Under the pieces are notes generated by a model that saw only the letters and a program-made list of their open reading frames with translations, was not told the DNA's origin and did not search any database. The position numbers and the translations under genes are program-made. Positions 21,379 to 22,850 of a stretch of DNA of 22,850 bases are shown here, piece by piece. Origin of the DNA: Planctomycetales bacterium (lineage in GTDB: Bacteria; Planctomycetota; Planctomycetia; Planctomycetales; Planctomycetaceae); the NCBI GenBank assembly GCA_016235885.1, contig JACRIH010000533.1, positions 1-22,850 of the forward strand, written 5' to 3'. Positions within the stretch are counted from its first letter, which is position 1. Each line of letters starts with the position of its first letter.

Positions 21379-22500
21379 TCAATCCACAAAAACAAATTCA
21401 TTCAAATTCAACAGCAGCCGGCAAGTGTTGGCCAATCCGTGCTCGCGGGCGTACGTGGTGAGTTCCCGCAGTTCGTCGTCTGTCGGAGGCCGGCTGAGGG
21501 CGAGGCGAAACGCTTGCGTCACCTGTGACAAAATGTCTCCGCCGGGTTTCTCGACTCGGGCGGCGAAATGCTTCGACATGACCACGGTGAGCTGGTTGTT
21601 CAGGAGCGCCAGCGCTTGCAGAGGGGTGATCGTTTGCGTGCGCTTGTCGACCAGCATCGACGGATCGGCGCAGTCGAGCGTGGTCATGAACGGCTGCAAC
21701 TGCGAGCGGACGAGGAACCGGTACACCGACCGGCGATGCGATGCGGGATCGTCCGCGTTGTACAGGTGATATTCGTAGTGCGGCGAGTGCTCGGGCTTGT
21801 CGATCACGAAGTCCTGGAAACTCGGGCCACCGAGCGCGGGGTTGAGCTTGCCGCTGACGGACAGAATCGCATCGCGGATCGCTTCGGCTTCCAGACGCCG
21901 GCGACTTTGTCGCCAGAGGAAACGGTTGTCGGAGTCCAAAGTAGCCGCGTCACTCCGTGACGCGAGTTTCGGGTCACGGAGTGACCCGTCTACATTCGAC
22001 GACTGCCGATACGCCGCGCTCGTCACAATCAGTCGGTGCAGTCGCTTGATCGACTGGCCGCCGTCGCGGAATTCGCTGGCCAGCCAATCGAGCAGTTCGG
22101 GGTGACTCGGCAACTGACCCATTCGGCCGAAGTCGTTCGGCGTGTCCACGAGGCCGTGGCCGAAGTGGTAAAGCCAGACGCGGTTCACGATCGATCGCCA
22201 CGTCAGCGGGTTCTGCGGATCGGTCAGCCACTTCGCGAGGGCGGCACGGCGTGCCCCTTCTGCGTGATCGCTCGGCAGGTTGAATCGAGCCGGCAGCGCG
22301 GCCACCACGGTCAACGCTCCCGGTCCGGCTTCCGCTCCCGGCTTCGTCACGTCTCCGCGCGGCAGGAGGTGAATTGGTCTCGGCTTGCCACCATTCGCTC
22401 CGGTGCCAGAGAAGGCTCCCGAGCCGTGATGGATCGTGCCCGCGAACACGAGGCGCGGCGGAGGCAACTTCGATCCAGCCCAGTTCCAGGCACAACGCAT
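21379..22500 (-). CDS. DUF1553 (PSD1) domain protein, C-terminal part only; appears N-terminally truncated and is possibly a gene remnant
   Basis: LAKWLTDPQNPLTWRSIVNRVWLYHFGHGLVDTPNDFG...HPELLDWLASEF...IKRLHRLIVTSAAYRQSS and the C-terminus LLNLNEFVFVD match DUF1553. There is no PSCyt1/DUF1549 part. Upstream the same frame reaches a stop at 22579-22581, and the other minus frames read as low-complexity sequence. Confidence 0.65.
   Translation of the reverse strand: MRCAWNWAGSKLPPPRLVFAGTIHHGSGAFSGTGANGGKPRPIHLLPRGDVTKPGAEAGPGALTVVAALPARFNLPSDHAEGARRAALAKWLTDPQNPLTWRSIVNRVWLYHFGHGLVDTPNDFGRMGQLPSHPELLDWLASEFRDGGQSIKRLHRLIVTSAAYRQSSNVDGSLRDPKLASRSDAATLDSDNRFLWRQSRRRLEAEAIRDAILSVSGKLNPALGGPSFQDFVIDKPEHSPHYEYHLYNADDPASHRRSVYRFLVRSQLQPFMTTLDCADPSMLVDKRTQTITPLQALALLNNQLTVVMSKHFAARVEKPGGDILSQVTQAFRLALSRPPTDDELRELTTYAREHGLANTCRLLLNLNEFVFVD
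21941..21998. repeat. Second copy of the GTCACTCCGTGA...GTCACGGAGTGACCCGTCTACATTCG element, embedded in-frame in the DUF1553 coding sequence
   Basis: Matches 17178-17236 over about 40 of 46 aligned positions. On the minus strand it is translated as [18 protein letters not shown]. Confidence 0.65.
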
Positions 22501-22543
22501 GCAGCGTTACCGGGAACTGCTAGAGGTGAGCAACGACGATGAA

Positions 22544-22850
22544 TGGAAGATCCTGCAGCCCCGCATTGATAAGGTCCTTCAGGCCCAGCGCGATGTGCGT
22601 GTGAGAGCCGCCCTTGGCCGGCGCGGGAACGGCCCAACGCCGGGCGGCGCACAGGCTGATCCCAACGCGGCAAGCGGCCAGCGCCGGGGACGCGGTGGGC
22701 GTGGTGGTGCAGGCGACGCGACCGCTTCCGGCGCCGCTGCGGGCCGCAACAACGCGGTCCCCAACTCCAGCTTCGGCTCCACGGAGTCGACTCCCGAGGT
22801 GGCAGCTCTCCAAGCCGCGGTGGTAAACAAGGCGCCATCCTCGGAGATCA
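22544..22850 (+). CDS. Possible partial CDS running off the window end, with an apparent upstream frameshift (speculative)
   Basis: From ATG 22544 the frame is open to the end of the window (MEDPAARIDKVLQAQRDVRVRAALGRRGNG...TPEVAALQAAVVNKAPSSEI). The adjacent frame from TTG 22500 reads QRYRELLEVSNDDEWKILQP up to a C-run at 22557-22562. Gly/Arg-rich and low-complexity. Confidence 0.2.

Noticed and set aside
22544-22850. Treating the terminal plus-strand ORF as a confident gene
   Set aside because: Support is only an open frame and a plausible-looking peptide in GC-rich DNA, and it requires an assumed frameshift. It is kept as a low-confidence feature and finding rather than an annotation.

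Overview
High-GC (roughly 60%) bacterial chromosomal segment. The adjacent DUF1501 gene (twin-arginine signal) and DUF1553 gene, typical of Planctomycetota, point to a planctomycete origin; this is an inference, not a database result. Read 5' to 3' on the + strand, the window contains six blocks. (1) Positions 1-3065 are a dense tRNA gene array: about 11 canonical-looking tRNAs (Gln x2, Ser x2, Val, Asp, Tyr, Glu, Leu, Cys, plus a His-like gene) and about 4 degenerate tRNA-like genes, none with an encoded CCA. The array is interrupted by an HNH endonuclease gene and by several MITE/REP-like palindromic repeats. (2) An SPFH/band-7 protein gene with three N-terminal repeats (3713-4840), then a convergent membrane protein gene (5002-5550). 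(3) A partial respiratory complex I operon, nuoH-J-K-L-M-N, with no nuoI between nuoH and nuoJ, an unusually long NuoL, and C-terminal extensions on NuoH and NuoN. It is followed by a small hypothetical gene and a tatD-family hydrolase gene. (4) A minus-strand Ldh_2-family dehydrogenase gene and a divergent DUF1445 hydro-lyase gene. (5) A small islet that looks lower in GC, carrying a lipoprotein gene, a retropepsin-like aspartic protease gene and an overlapping upstream small ORF. (6) A DUF1501 gene and a DUF1553 gene that has lost its N-terminal part; a possible frameshifted plus-strand gene runs off the window end. The most unusual aspect is that almost every intergenic space, and one coding region, carries nested-palindrome (BIME-like) repeats from at least five sequence families. 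One family has a copy inserted in-frame inside the DUF1553 coding sequence.
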